NCBI GenBank assembly: GCA_948433435.1
Contig: CAOJDX010000002.1
Coordinates: 25,432 to 89,431 of the forward strand
Length of the DNA: 64,000 nt
Origin: an uncultured Clostridia bacterium
GTDB lineage: Bacteria > Bacillota_I > Bacilli_A > RF39 > UBA660
Direction of reading: 5' to 3'
Part shown: positions 50,682-60,812 of the stretch, in pieces
Layout: each line of letters starts with the position of its first letter
Position numbering within the stretch: the first letter of the stretch is position 1
Notes under the pieces: generated by a model
What the model was told of the DNA's origin: nothing
The model's database searches: none
Seen by the model: only the letters and a program-made list of their open reading frames with translations
Translations under genes and position numbers: made by a program

Positions 50682-52827
50682 TATATTTAGTTTATATGGA
50701 TCTATATTTATTGATAATGAAAAAGCTAATAAAGCTTTAGACGGTACTACTAAAAAAGGAGAAAGTTTCGCTTCTAAACTAGGAGGCGTTTTTTCTAAAG
50801 TAGGAAAAGGAGCTCTTGTTTTAGGAGGTACTCTTGCTACTGCTGCTACTGCTATTGGTGGTTTAGCGATCAATTCTCAAAAGAATATGGATCAAGCTAT
50901 GAACTCATTTATAGCACAAACAGGAATTGCTAAAAATGAGTCTGCGGAGTGGAAAAAAGCTCTTGAAGATATATACAAAGGTAATTATGGCGAAAGTTTC
51001 GAAGATATAGCCAACTCTATGGCTTTAGCTTCACAAGAATTATACGAGTTTGATCCTTCACAAATAAAGGCCGTAACAGAGAACGCCTTAGCTCTGCGTG
51101 ATACTTTTGGAGTTGAAGTTAATGAGTCTATTCGAGCCTCAAAAGCTTTGATTACTCAATTTGGAATATCAGCAGACGAAGCTTATAACTTAATGGCTCA
51201 GGGAGCACAGAACGGCCTAGATTTCTCAGGAGAGTTAGTAGATAATATTAACGAATATTCCGTACAATTTGGGAAGTTAGGTTTATCGGCGGAAGATATG
51301 TTTAATATCTTTCAAAGTGGCGCAGACGCTGGAGCTTGGAACTTAGACAAAATCGGCGACGCCGTTAAAGAATTTTCTATTAGAGCCATAGACGGATCTA
51401 ATACGACTATTGAAGGTTTTACAAAGTTAGGTCTTAATTCTGACGAAATGGCTAAAAAATTCGCTGCTGGAGGAGATACTGCTAAAAAGGCCTTTTATGA
51501 AACTATTGACGCTATTAAAGCTATGGACGATCCAGTACAACAGTCTATTGTAGGTGTAGATTTATTCGGTACTATGTGGGAAGATCTAGGACCAGAGGTC
51601 GTTACACAGCTAGGATCTATACGAGATATGTACGACGGAACAGCCGACTCTATGAATAAAATTAAAGAGGTAAAATACGACGATATAGGTAGTATGTTCG
51701 AAGGTTTGAAGCGTAATGTAGAAATGCTCTTACTTCCTTTAGGAAATGCCTTAATGCCTCTTATTGTTTCTATCATGAATTTAGTCTTAAATAATATGCC
51801 TTTGATCGAGGGTTTGATTAACCAATTAACCCCAGTCATTACTCAATTATTTACGGCTCTTATTCCACCGATACAGACTTTTATAGAGACAGCTTTACCA
51901 ATGTTCGCGACACTTGCGGAGCAGCTTTTACCTATATTTATAAATTTACTTACGACTTTATTACCTCCTATTATGGAAATCGTACAAGCACTGCTTCCAG
52001 TTTTTGTAGAATTGATACAAATGTTACTTCCACCTATACTACAGATCGTAGAAATGATCTTACCTTTATTACTTAGTCTGATACAACCACTTTTACCTTT
52101 ATTACAGCCTATCTTATCTTTATTACAACCATTTATTGATTTACTGATGTTAATTTTACAACCATTGACTCAATTACTTAACGTAATTTTGCCGCCTTTA
52201 ATGTCATTACTGAATATTATTATTCAAACTATTATACCTATGCTTTCGGCTCAATTTACGTATGTCGCTAATATTATAGGTAGCGTCTTCGGAAATGCTT
52301 TAAGTTATATCACTTCACAAGTTCAAGTTGTTAAAAATATTTTTATGAGTATAATCGACTTTGTCAAAAATGTGTTTACTGGAAATTGGCGAGGTGCCTG
52401 GGAAAATGTCAAAAATATTTTTAGTAATATTATTTCTGGTATTGCGAACGTCTTTAAATTTCCTATTAACCTTATCATTGACGGTATGAACGCATTTATA
52501 AAAGGTCTTAATAAATTAAAGATCCCAGACTGGGTACCTGGTGTTGGTGGAAAAGGTTTAAATATACCTTTACTTAAAAAGCTTCGTGTTGGTATGGAAT
52601 ATGTACCTTATGACGATATGCCAGCTTTACTACATAAAGGCGAACGTGTTTTAACCGCCGACGAAGCTAAAGAATATCAAGAAATAACATCAGCTGTTAC
52701 TAATAATGAAACTACTAATAATTGGAATATAACAATTAACTCAACAGAGCCTTTATCTCCAGCAGAAACAGCTCGACAAACGCGTAAAGCTATTCAAGAG
52801 TTAAATCTAGTACATGGAAAGGCGTGA
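50665..52827 (+). CDS. Tail tape measure protein
   Basis: It is 720 aa with helical and hydrophobic repeat blocks. The likely start is TTG 50674, after AGGAGG. Confidence 0.85.
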   Translation: MLNLASIFSLYGSIFIDNEKANKALDGTTKKGESFASKLGGVFSKVGKGALVLGGTLATAATAIGGLAINSQKNMDQAMNSFIAQTGIAKNESAEWKKALEDIYKGNYGESFEDIANSMALASQELYEFDPSQIKAVTENALALRDTFGVEVNESIRASKALITQFGISADEAYNLMAQGAQNGLDFSGELVDNINEYSVQFGKLGLSAEDMFNIFQSGADAGAWNLDKIGDAVKEFSIRAIDGSNTTIEGFTKLGLNSDEMAKKFAAGGDTAKKAFYETIDAIKAMDDPVQQSIVGVDLFGTMWEDLGPEVVTQLGSIRDMYDGTADSMNKIKEVKYDDIGSMFEGLKRNVEMLLLPLGNALMPLIVSIMNLVLNNMPLIEGLINQLTPVITQLFTALIPPIQTFIETALPMFATLAEQLLPIFINLLTTLLPPIMEIVQALLPVFVELIQMLLPPILQIVEMILPLLLSLIQPLLPLLQPILSLLQPFIDLLMLILQPLTQLLNVILPPLMSLLNIIIQTIIPMLSAQFTYVANIIGSVFGNALSYITSQVQVVKNIFMSIIDFVKNVFTGNWRGAWENVKNIFSNIISGIANVFKFPINLIIDGMNAFIKGLNKLKIPDWVPGVGGKGLNIPLLKKLRVGMEYVPYDDMPALLHKGERVLTADEAKEYQEITSAVTNNETTNNWNITINSTEPLSPAETARQTRKAIQELNLVHGKA

Positions 52828-53695
52828 TTATATGGAAAGAACTTTAATATATAAAAACCATAAAGGCGATATGATTACTTTTACATATAAACCGCCTTTT
52901 CTTCTAGGTATCTGCGACGGTTTTCACGAAGTTGTTGGAACTGTTAATACTATTAGCTCAGCCTATGGCGTTGGTACAAAATGGAACGGTACAAGTATTG
53001 GAGAGCGAGAGCTTACAATAAAAGGAACTATTACAGAAAACGTACAAGAAAATAGACTATTATTATTCGATATGTTTCCTAGAAATAGCGAAGGTACTCT
53101 TTACTATTATGAAGGTAATATCGAAAGAAAGATAACTTGTGTTGTTGAAAAAGTAATAATACCAGAAAAAGGAACATATACAAGAGATTTTTCTATTTCT
53201 CTTGTTTGTCCTAACCCTCGCTTTTCAGCTTTAGCTGCTACTGTATTATCTATGGCTACATGGACGCCAGCGTTTAAGTTTGCGTTGAAGATCCCACAAA
53301 GTACAGGTATTAAGTTTGGAACTAAAAATACTACTTCTATGGGAACAACGCAAAATACTACTGAAATTGATTACGGTATGACAATAACTTTTAAAGCAAA
53401 TGATACAGTCGTTAACCCATATTTATTTAATGTAAATACTAGAGAAATGATACATATAGAAAAAACTTTGTCTGTGGGCGATAAAATAGTTATTACTACT
53501 CATATAGATAATAAAAACGTAATCTTTATAAACGCTTTAACTGGCGAAGAAGAAAACATCAATTATTTAATGACGTATGGTAGTAAATATTTACAGATAC
53601 CTAGCGGAACTAATACATTTAGATCTGGTGCTGATAGTGGCGAGGACAACCTAGAAACTACTATCGAATTTTTACCAGAATATGAGGCGGTATAA
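52814..53695 (+). CDS. Distal tail protein (Dit)
   Basis: It is assigned by position and size. Confidence 0.65.
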   Translation: MERRDYMERTLIYKNHKGDMITFTYKPPFLLGICDGFHEVVGTVNTISSAYGVGTKWNGTSIGERELTIKGTITENVQENRLLLFDMFPRNSEGTLYYYEGNIERKITCVVEKVIIPEKGTYTRDFSISLVCPNPRFSALAATVLSMATWTPAFKFALKIPQSTGIKFGTKNTTSMGTTQNTTEIDYGMTITFKANDTVVNPYLFNVNTREMIHIEKTLSVGDKIVITTHIDNKNVIFINALTGEEENINYLMTYGSKYLQIPSGTNTFRSGADSGEDNLETTIEFLPEYEAV

Positions 53696-54747
53696 TGAAA
53701 GCTATATTTTTAAATGTGTATGATCGCGATTTAAACTTTTTAGGAGTTATTGATAGTTATAGCTCTTTACGTTGGCGTCGTAAATACTTTGAAGCTGGCG
53801 AGTTTGAGTTAAATATAAACCCTACAGCTAATAACTATAGACTCTTAAAGGCTGATAACATTATTGTTAGAGGTGATTTAACAGAAAATGACGAGTTTGG
53901 TATTATTGACTCTTGGAAGTTTAAAGAAGATAAGGAAAAAGTTACTATTACTGTATATGGTAGGTTTGGTTTATTCTTATTAAATAGAAGGATCATAAAA
54001 AATCGTATCAATTATAGAGGAACGTATATCGGAGGTTTTAGGAAATTACTTACTTCCATGCGTCCATTTAAGAAACTAGATATTACAGATAGTGATATTG
54101 TTAGTGGTAAAGTTGATTTTCAATGCACTTATAAAAATGTATATACATATCATGAGAAGTTATCTAAAGCGTCTAATATTGGTGGTAAGATCGTTTTAGA
54201 CTTAGAGAATAAGCGTTATAAATATGTTAATTATGTTGGAAAAGATAGAACAGAAGATCAAAAAGTAAATACTAGGTATGAATTTAGCGAAGATAAATCA
54301 AACTTAGATACTACAGAACACACTTATAGCAGAAAAAACATGATTACTGATGTATTAGTCGGTGGAGCTGGCGAAGATACAAACAGAATTATGAGGACTG
54401 TTACTAATGTTACAGCAGATACTCACGACTTCGATATTAGAGAGGCTTTTGTAGACGCTAAAAACGAAAGTAACAAAGATCTATCAGCAGCTGAATATAA
54501 CGCTATCTTGGACGATTTAGGAAAAGAAAAGTTAACAGATCCTACAGAAACTTTCGAAGCTACAGTACACTCTACCGATTATAGAAAATATTGGGACTTG
54601 GGCGATATTGTAAATATCAAAAAAGAAAGTTGGAGTATGACTAAGAAACAACGAATTACCGAAGTTGAAGAAGTTATCGAAAAAGGTAAACATGATGTAA
54701 TACCTACTTATGGTAACCCTATAGCAGAAACTTTTAATAATGATTAA
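53695..54747 (+). CDS. Tail-associated lysin / baseplate hub (Tal-like)
   Basis: It is assigned by position and size. Confidence 0.55.
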   Translation: MKAIFLNVYDRDLNFLGVIDSYSSLRWRRKYFEAGEFELNINPTANNYRLLKADNIIVRGDLTENDEFGIIDSWKFKEDKEKVTITVYGRFGLFLLNRRIIKNRINYRGTYIGGFRKLLTSMRPFKKLDITDSDIVSGKVDFQCTYKNVYTYHEKLSKASNIGGKIVLDLENKRYKYVNYVGKDRTEDQKVNTRYEFSEDKSNLDTTEHTYSRKNMITDVLVGGAGEDTNRIMRTVTNVTADTHDFDIREAFVDAKNESNKDLSAAEYNAILDDLGKEKLTDPTETFEATVHSTDYRKYWDLGDIVNIKKESWSMTKKQRITEVEEVIEKGKHDVIPTYGNPIAETFNND

Positions 54748-54764
54748 GGAGGGAAATAAGAGTT

Positions 54765-55682
54765 ATGGAAAAGTTTAGTTTTTTTAACGATATAGACGAC
54801 GATAGAGTCTATTTCGCGGAAGATTTCGCTAGACATCTGGCGAAGTATTTTACTAATGGTATCTTTAATAATGAGTTACAAGTTATAGCTAATAATGATA
54901 TGACAATAACTATTAAAGAAGGCGACGCCAATATTGAAGGTTACCGTTATACTAATACTGGAGATCTAACTAAAACAATAGATACAGCAGACGGAGCATT
55001 AAAACGTATTGATAATGTTGTTATAAGATTAGATTTAACGAACAGGTTAATATCAGCTCAAATAATCAAAGGAACATTTAGCGACAAGCCGTCTGCTCCT
55101 TCTTTAGTTAGATCCTCAACAACGTATGATATTAAACTAGCTGAGATATATGTTGATAATGGAGTTACTTCTATTACTCAGTCAGCTATTAAAGACACAA
55201 GATTTGATAAAAATGTTTGTGGTAATGTTGTGTCTACTGTAGAGACAATAGATACTACAGATGTATATAATCAGTTATATACAAAGTTTGAGGAAATCAT
55301 ACAGCAAGAAACAATAGAGTTTACAGACTGGTTTAATAGAATTAAAAATCAATTAGACACAGACGCCGCAGGTCATTTGGCCGCAGAAATAAATAAAATA
55401 GTCGATAGTGGCCTTAAAAGTTATACAAAGACACTGACTGTAGATAACTGGTCGCTAAACAACGAGACTAATTTATATGAATATGATATAATAGATAGTG
55501 ATGTTACATCTAGCACGTTAGTAAATGTTAATTTAGATTTAGTAAATCAAGTTAAACTTAATGACGGTATGGTTAACTCCTACAATGGAGGTTTTAAGAT
55601 AATTACTTCTGAAAAGCCTCTCGAAAATATAGATACCACTATCACATATCAAGTATCTAATTTAAGTTTGGAGGGGATCTAA
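54765..55682 (+). CDS. Tail fibre/baseplate protein
   Basis: It is assigned by position. Confidence 0.4.
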   Translation: MEKFSFFNDIDDDRVYFAEDFARHLAKYFTNGIFNNELQVIANNDMTITIKEGDANIEGYRYTNTGDLTKTIDTADGALKRIDNVVIRLDLTNRLISAQIIKGTFSDKPSAPSLVRSSTTYDIKLAEIYVDNGVTSITQSAIKDTRFDKNVCGNVVSTVETIDTTDVYNQLYTKFEEIIQQETIEFTDWFNRIKNQLDTDAAGHLAAEINKIVDSGLKSYTKTLTVDNWSLNNETNLYEYDIIDSDVTSSTLVNVNLDLVNQVKLNDGMVNSYNGGFKIITSEKPLENIDTTITYQVSNLSLEGI

Positions 55683-55683
55683 T

Positions 55684-56805
55684 ATGTTGGGTGTAATCAA
55701 TGTTCGAGATAAAAGATCGAACAATTTAAGTAAGGTTTACGGAGTAAGACGTTCCCTAGCTTCTTCTTCGTCAGCCTGGGAAAGAATTGAGGACGCTGTA
55801 GGTTTAGTAGCTAACGCACAAGTGGGAACAACTGCTGTAAGAAATGATTTCGATAGTATTTACCCATGGAGCGATATAATTACTTGTAATTATAATAATT
55901 CTACTAAAAAAGTAACCGCTTACTATGGCGACGCTAATTTCTCATTTACTGGAGGTACTAACATACAAGTTATGACTATTATTCCAGAGTTTTATTACAG
56001 ACGTTATATTTCCGACGGTTACGAATATATCTTTATTTCTAAAGACAATTTAAGTGGCTTTATTAAGAGTAAAGAATTTATGATCGGACGTTATACAATG
56101 TCTGGTACTTCTTCTGGAGTATATAGTCGTAGCGGACAAGCTCCATTTACTAACCACACTATCGCAGAGTTTAGGCAATATGCTAAAAACTTGGGCCCTG
56201 GCTGGAGTCAATTAGACTGGCATTATTTCTTAATACAGCTACTTTATTTAGTAGAATATGCAGACTATAATATTCAGTCTAAAATTGGACCAGGACATAC
56301 TAACGCTAATAATACAGCACCTAAAAATAGCGGTGGCTGTAATGCTTTAGGTATGAAATCTGGTTGTATGGTTAAAAATGATACGAACTCTGTTGTTTAT
56401 AGAGGTATCGAAGATTTATACGGTAATGTATGGCAATTTTTCGACGGTCTTAATATAAATAACTATCAAGCTTATATCAATTATAACCCTAGTACCTACG
56501 CTTCTGATGTGTTCGACGGAGATTATCATAAGTTAGGCTATGTTAATAGTTCTACAAGTAGTAGTTATATAACCTCTTTAGGTTATGATCCTAAAAACCC
56601 TTTAGTAGGTCTTCCTACTGATGTAAACGGTAGTAGTAATACTTATATGTGTGATTATTATTGGACTCAAAGCGGAGAACGAATAGCTCTTGTCGGCGGT
56701 GCTTGGAATAACGCATTTCATGCGGGGTTGTGGTGTTGGATCTTTTACGAGGCGTCTTCTGCTTATGGCGTGGGCGTCGGAGCTCGACTTCTTAAAACCA
56801 GTTAG
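55684..56805 (+). CDS. DGR target: receptor-binding tail fibre with C-terminal variable region
   Basis: Its last ~35 codons are the VR (ALVGGAWNNAFHAGLWCWIFYEASSAYGVGVGARLL). This region is homologous to the downstream TR, as expected for a C-type-lectin-fold DGR target. Confidence 0.7.
   Translation: MLGVINVRDKRSNNLSKVYGVRRSLASSSSAWERIEDAVGLVANAQVGTTAVRNDFDSIYPWSDIITCNYNNSTKKVTAYYGDANFSFTGGTNIQVMTIIPEFYYRRYISDGYEYIFISKDNLSGFIKSKEFMIGRYTMSGTSSGVYSRSGQAPFTNHTIAEFRQYAKNLGPGWSQLDWHYFLIQLLYLVEYADYNIQSKIGPGHTNANNTAPKNSGGCNALGMKSGCMVKNDTNSVVYRGIEDLYGNVWQFFDGLNINNYQAYINYNPSTYASDVFDGDYHKLGYVNSSTSSSYITSLGYDPKNPLVGLPTDVNGSSNTYMCDYYWTQSGERIALVGGAWNNAFHAGLWCWIFYEASSAYGVGVGARLLKTS
56687..56795 (+). repeat. 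DGR variable region (VR)
   Basis: It is the 3' end of the tail-fibre ORF. From ttgtgg to cgacttctta it is identical to the TR except where the TR has A. Confidence 0.7.
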
Positions 56806-56933
56806 CGGGGGTTTGGGGGCGGCCAGCCTCCCATAAATAAAAAATTAAATTACCGACTGAAAGTCGGCGACGCTCCATTTTAAAATTTGGGGAAATGGTG
56901 TGTGCGCTTCGGTCGTTCTTGTCCTTTTGAGAG

Positions 56934-57363
56934 CTCTTGTCGGCGGTAGGTGGAACAATGCTCTTAATTGTGGCTTGTGGTATTGGAATTACAACAACGC
57001 GTCTGCTGATTACAGTATCAACGTCGGAGCTCGACCACTTATATTAAGATTAGGGATTTGATGTGTATGCTTCGGTTTGTGATTACTGCTCTTGTCGGCG
57101 GTAATTGGTACGAGCACACTCGCGCTGGCTTGTGGTGTGTTACGCTTAACAACCTAGCGTCTAACGTGAACTCTACGATCGGAGCTCGACCACTTGTATT
57201 AAAAATAGGGATCTGGTGTGTATGTTTCGTTGTTTATGACCGTCTACTCTTGTCGGCGGTTGTTATGTCGACCACCTTATGTGTGGCTTGTGGTATTGGA
57301 ATTGTAATCAAGCGTCTTCTATCGCATGGACTAACGACGGAGCTCGACCACTTGTATTAAAAA
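56934..57363 (+). repeat. Three tandem VR/TR-like cassettes (R2 56934-57046, R3 57089-57201, R4 57247-57360), period ~157 bp
   Basis: Each cassette starts with ctcttgtcggcggt and ends with cggagctcgaccactt(a/g)tattaa. Each is an in-frame alternative ALVGG...GLWxW...GARPL module. Confidence 0.75.
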
Positions 57364-57404
57364 TATGGGATCTGGTGTGTGTGCTTTGATGTTGACGCTT
57401 GCTG

Positions 57405-57512
57405 CTCTTGTCGGCGGTAATTGGACTAACAATACTAGATGTGGCTTGTGGTATTGGAACTTTAACGAGGCGTCTTCTGCTTATAACGTGAACGTCGGAG
57501 CTCGACTACTTA
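57405..57512 (+). repeat. DGR template repeat (TR)
   Basis: It is the last cassette, about 125 bp upstream of the RT gene. All nine 3'-region mismatches to the VR are TR adenines. Confidence 0.7.
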
Positions 57513-57637
57513 TCATTAAATTCCTTACACATCATTTTCCTTAGCGCTTGCTAAAAATTAGTCGTTCTGGGTGGGTTTAGTAGGTTTATTCTCGAAAAAC
57601 TCGCAGGCAAATATAAAAATTATAAGGACCAGGAAAT

Positions 57638-58702
57638 ATGAAAAGAACAGGTAACATTTATCAAAAAATCATAGAATTAAGCAATATTGAAGCAGCTATT
57701 TATAAAGCTAGCAAAGGTAAAGGAAATCGTAAGAGTGTTGAAAAAATACTCGACTCTCCTACATATTACGCTTTACAGATACAAAAAGCATTACAAAATA
57801 AAACGTACAGGCCTAGTCCATACGTTGAAATGAAAATACACGACGGAGCTAATAAGAAGGAACGTATTATTTATAAACCACACTTCTACCCAGATCAGAT
57901 AGTACACTGGGCGTTAATGCTTCAATTAGAGCCTTTACTTATGAAAGGTATGTATGAGTTTTGCTGCGCTAGTGTTAAAGACCGCGGTATTATGCGTGGT
58001 ATGAGACATATTAAAAAGATCTTAGTACAAGATCGTAAGTATACTAAATATTGTTTAAAGCTTGATATTAAGAAGTTTTACCCTAGTATTGATAAGCAGA
58101 TACTGAAAAATAAATTTCGTAGGATCTTAAAAGACAAAGATACTCTTAATCTTATAGACCTTATTATTGATAGTGGTATCGAAGGTATACCTATCGGAAA
58201 TTTCACGAGTCAATGGTTTGCGAATTTTTATTTACAGGATCTCGATCATTTTATAAAAGAACACTTAAAAGTAAAATATTACGTGCGTTATATGGACGAT
58301 ATGGTATTATTTTCTAACAACAAAAAAGAATTACGAAAAATCAAAATAGAAATCGACAATTTTCTAAGTAAAGAAAAGCTAACGATAAAAGAAAATTGGC
58401 AGCTTTTCAAAACTGAGTCTAGGCCTCTTGATTTCTTAGGTTATCGCTTCTATCGTGGGTATACTACTCTTAGAAGAAGTAATTTCTTAAGAATTAAGAG
58501 GCGTGCGAAGAAAATGAGTAAGAAAGATCACATAACTTTCCACGACGCCGCAGCTATGATTAGTTATAGCGGCTGGCTAAAACATTGTAACTCTTATAAT
58601 TATCAACAGAAGTACATAAAACCGTATGTAAATTATAAATTGTGTAAGGAGGTTATAAGAAATGAAAGTAAAAAAGACAGAAAGCACAATAAGACCACTT
58701 AA
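57638..58702 (+). CDS. DGR reverse transcriptase
   Basis: It has the RT motifs including YVRYMDDMVLF (YxDD) and the DGR-specific IPIGNFTSQWFANFYL (I/LGxxxSQ), which closely resembles the bRT of Bordetella phage BPP-1. Confidence 0.9.
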   Translation: MKRTGNIYQKIIELSNIEAAIYKASKGKGNRKSVEKILDSPTYYALQIQKALQNKTYRPSPYVEMKIHDGANKKERIIYKPHFYPDQIVHWALMLQLEPLLMKGMYEFCCASVKDRGIMRGMRHIKKILVQDRKYTKYCLKLDIKKFYPSIDKQILKNKFRRILKDKDTLNLIDLIIDSGIEGIPIGNFTSQWFANFYLQDLDHFIKEHLKVKYYVRYMDDMVLFSNNKKELRKIKIEIDNFLSKEKLTIKENWQLFKTESRPLDFLGYRFYRGYTTLRRSNFLRIKRRAKKMSKKDHITFHDAAAMISYSGWLKHCNSYNYQQKYIKPYVNYKLCKEVIRNESKKDRKHNKTT

Positions 58703-59186
58703 CTTTAAAATTGGCGATCACAAAGGCAACCTTATAGAGGTTGTTTTTTTTGACGACATAGAAGAAGTTATAAGGACATCAGAAGACGGAACAGAACAAA
58801 CGGTATATCTTTATTATGAGTACACTATCAAAATAGTTAATAGAAGTGATTTAGAGTCTTATATAAACGAAAACTATGAGACATGGCTACAAATGGCTAA
58901 AGATAACTTTATCGCTTCTAAATCAGCAGAAATAAGAGCAATAAGAGACAAATTACTCGCTGATAGCGACAAACACGTCCTTATTGATAGATTAGGTATT
59001 GAAATACCAGAAACAATTAACGCCGCCACTATGTTAACTGTTATCAAAGATCTATTTAGTTCTCTTGGTAATATCTTAAATGGAGACTGGTCTACTTATA
59101 GACAGGCTTTAAGAGATATTACTAAACAGCCTAACTTCCCATTTGACGTAGATTTTCCTACAATACCTGGAGAAAATAAAGAATAA
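58662..59186 (+). CDS. Hypothetical phage protein
   Basis: It is an ORF downstream of the RT. It is not Avd-like. Confidence 0.4.
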   Translation: MKVKKTESTIRPLNFKIGDHKGNLIEVVFFDDIEEVIRTSEDGTEQTVYLYYEYTIKIVNRSDLESYINENYETWLQMAKDNFIASKSAEIRAIRDKLLADSDKHVLIDRLGIEIPETINAATMLTVIKDLFSSLGNILNGDWSTYRQALRDITKQPNFPFDVDFPTIPGENKE

Positions 59187-59488
59187 TGGAAAGCTCGACT
59201 ATGATTTCAATAGGCTTAATTTTTACTATCATAGGTGGAATAATTGGTTATGCTACCTTTTATATGAATAGTAAGAAAAACACAAAACAAGAGACTAAAG
59301 AGGAAGTGGCTATGTCAACTAAGCTAGAGACTAAACTTGATATGATAAGTAGAAATATTGACGAAATAAGGCTCGATAATAAAGACTTTAGTAAGTCAAT
59401 ACAACAGTTGGCCGAACGTGTATCAGCTGTAGAACAGTCGGCAAAATCAGCACATCACAGAATAGATCAATTAGAAGAAAGAAAGTGA
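59186..59488 (+). CDS. Lysis-associated membrane protein (N-terminal TM plus coiled coil, XhlA-like)
   Basis: Its single transmembrane segment and position in the lysis cassette support this call. Confidence 0.4.
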   Translation: MESSTMISIGLIFTIIGGIIGYATFYMNSKKNTKQETKEEVAMSTKLETKLDMISRNIDEIRLDNKDFSKSIQQLAERVSAVEQSAKSAHHRIDQLEERK

Positions 59489-59742
59489 GGTGTCAGATAA
59501 TGACTTTAGAAGCTATTATAATGTTGGTTACTATGGTAGTAACCTTTTTTTGTGGTTTAATCGCGAAAAAAGTAAGTTGGTTTAATACTAACTTAATACC
59601 TATACAAAATATCATGATCGGCGTTATTGTGGCCGTTATAGAGTGGATCATTACTAAAGATTTTAGTACAGCTATAGCCGTTAGTGGTTTAATAGCTGGT
59701 GGTATCTATGATATAGGACATAATTTACAAAAAATGAAATAA
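59485..59742 (+). CDS. Holin
   Basis: It is 85 aa with 2-3 transmembrane segments and lies immediately upstream of the endolysin. Confidence 0.7.
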   Translation: MRCQIMTLEAIIMLVTMVVTFFCGLIAKKVSWFNTNLIPIQNIMIGVIVAVIEWIITKDFSTAIAVSGLIAGGIYDIGHNLQKMK

Positions 59743-59754
59743 GGAGGTCTCGCT

Positions 59755-60810
59755 ATGGAGAAAGTATTTGGTATTGATATTAGTACATATCAAAGAGGAA
59801 TAAATCTAGCAGCTGCTAAAAATGAAGGTGTTAGGTTTGCTATCTTAAGAGCTGGTTTTACTGGCTATGGTAACGGAGTCAGCAAGTCAAAAGATAATCA
59901 ATTCGAAAATCATTATAGAAATGCTAAAGCTAATGGTATTGGTGTTGGTGCTTATTGGTATAGTTGTGCTACTACTTATGAGAACGGCAGAGCTGAGGCT
60001 GAATATATGTATAATAATTGTTTGAAAGGTAAACAATTCGAGTACCCTATAGCTATAGATGTAGAAGATAGTCATTATCAAGCTAAAGCTGGTAAGGCTG
60101 CTGTAACAGCTGCTATTAAAGGTTTCTGCGAGTTTTTAGAAGCTAAAGGCTACTATGTTTCTATTTACGCTAATAGTAACTGGTTTAATAATTATATTGA
60201 TACATCACAATTAGCTAAATATGATAAATGGGTAGCTAACTGGAGCTCTAACAGACCAAGTAACCCAGCAGGTGGTCTATGGCAATTCGGCGGAGAAACT
60301 AACCGTATTAGAACAAATAAAGTAGCTGGTATGACTGTAGATCAAAACTACGCTTACTATGATTACCCAGCCATTATGAGACAAAAAGGCTTAAATGGTT
60401 TTAGTGCTGACGGAAGCGTACAACCACAAGAGCCTACACAACCAAGTAACCCAGCTCCACAACCTAGTACATCAAATAGCGACTCTGTTTATACAGTAGT
60501 AGCTGGAGATACTTTAAGTGGTATTGCTTCTAGGTATGGTACTACATATCAAAAGTTGGCCGCATACAATAATATTAGTAACCCTAATCTTATTCATGTA
60601 GGACAACAAATTAAAATACCTGGTGCTGGTAAGGACACTAATGTCGTTACCAACAATAGTAGAACATATACTGTTAAGAGTGGAGATACTTTAAGTGGTA
60701 TCGCTTCTAAGTATGGTACTACATGGCAAAAGATCTATAACGATAATAAATCTGTTATAGGATCTAACCCTAACTTAATTAAACCAGGGCAGGTATTAAC
60801 AATTAACTAA
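59755..60810 (+). CDS. Endolysin: GH25 muramidase with two C-terminal LysM domains
   Basis: It has an N-terminal GH25 fold (FGIDISTYQ...) and two LysM repeats ([14 protein letters not shown]..., [14 protein letters not shown]...). Confidence 0.9.
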   Translation: MEKVFGIDISTYQRGINLAAAKNEGVRFAILRAGFTGYGNGVSKSKDNQFENHYRNAKANGIGVGAYWYSCATTYENGRAEAEYMYNNCLKGKQFEYPIAIDVEDSHYQAKAGKAAVTAAIKGFCEFLEAKGYYVSIYANSNWFNNYIDTSQLAKYDKWVANWSSNRPSNPAGGLWQFGGETNRIRTNKVAGMTVDQNYAYYDYPAIMRQKGLNGFSADGSVQPQEPTQPSNPAPQPSTSNSDSVYTVVAGDTLSGIASRYGTTYQKLAAYNNISNPNLIHVGQQIKIPGAGKDTNVVTNNSRTYTVKSGDTLSGIASKYGTTWQKIYNDNKSVIGSNPNLIKPGQVLTIN

Positions 60811-60812
60811 AA

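Noticed and set aside
51495-51839. 114-aa minus-strand ORF inside the tape-measure gene
   Set aside because: It is antisense and spurious.
57058-57360. 100-aa ORF in the track between the tail fibre and the RT
   Set aside because: It is an in-frame read-through of cassettes R3-R4 of the DGR repeat array (ALVGGNW…GLWCV…). It is not an independent gene and not an Avd.
56687-57520. Possible CRISPR array (regularly spaced repeats)
   Set aside because: The repeats are about 157-bp protein-coding cassettes with conserved 14-bp and 25-bp flanks and homologous cores. They are not 28-37-bp direct repeats separating unique spacers, and no cas genes are present.
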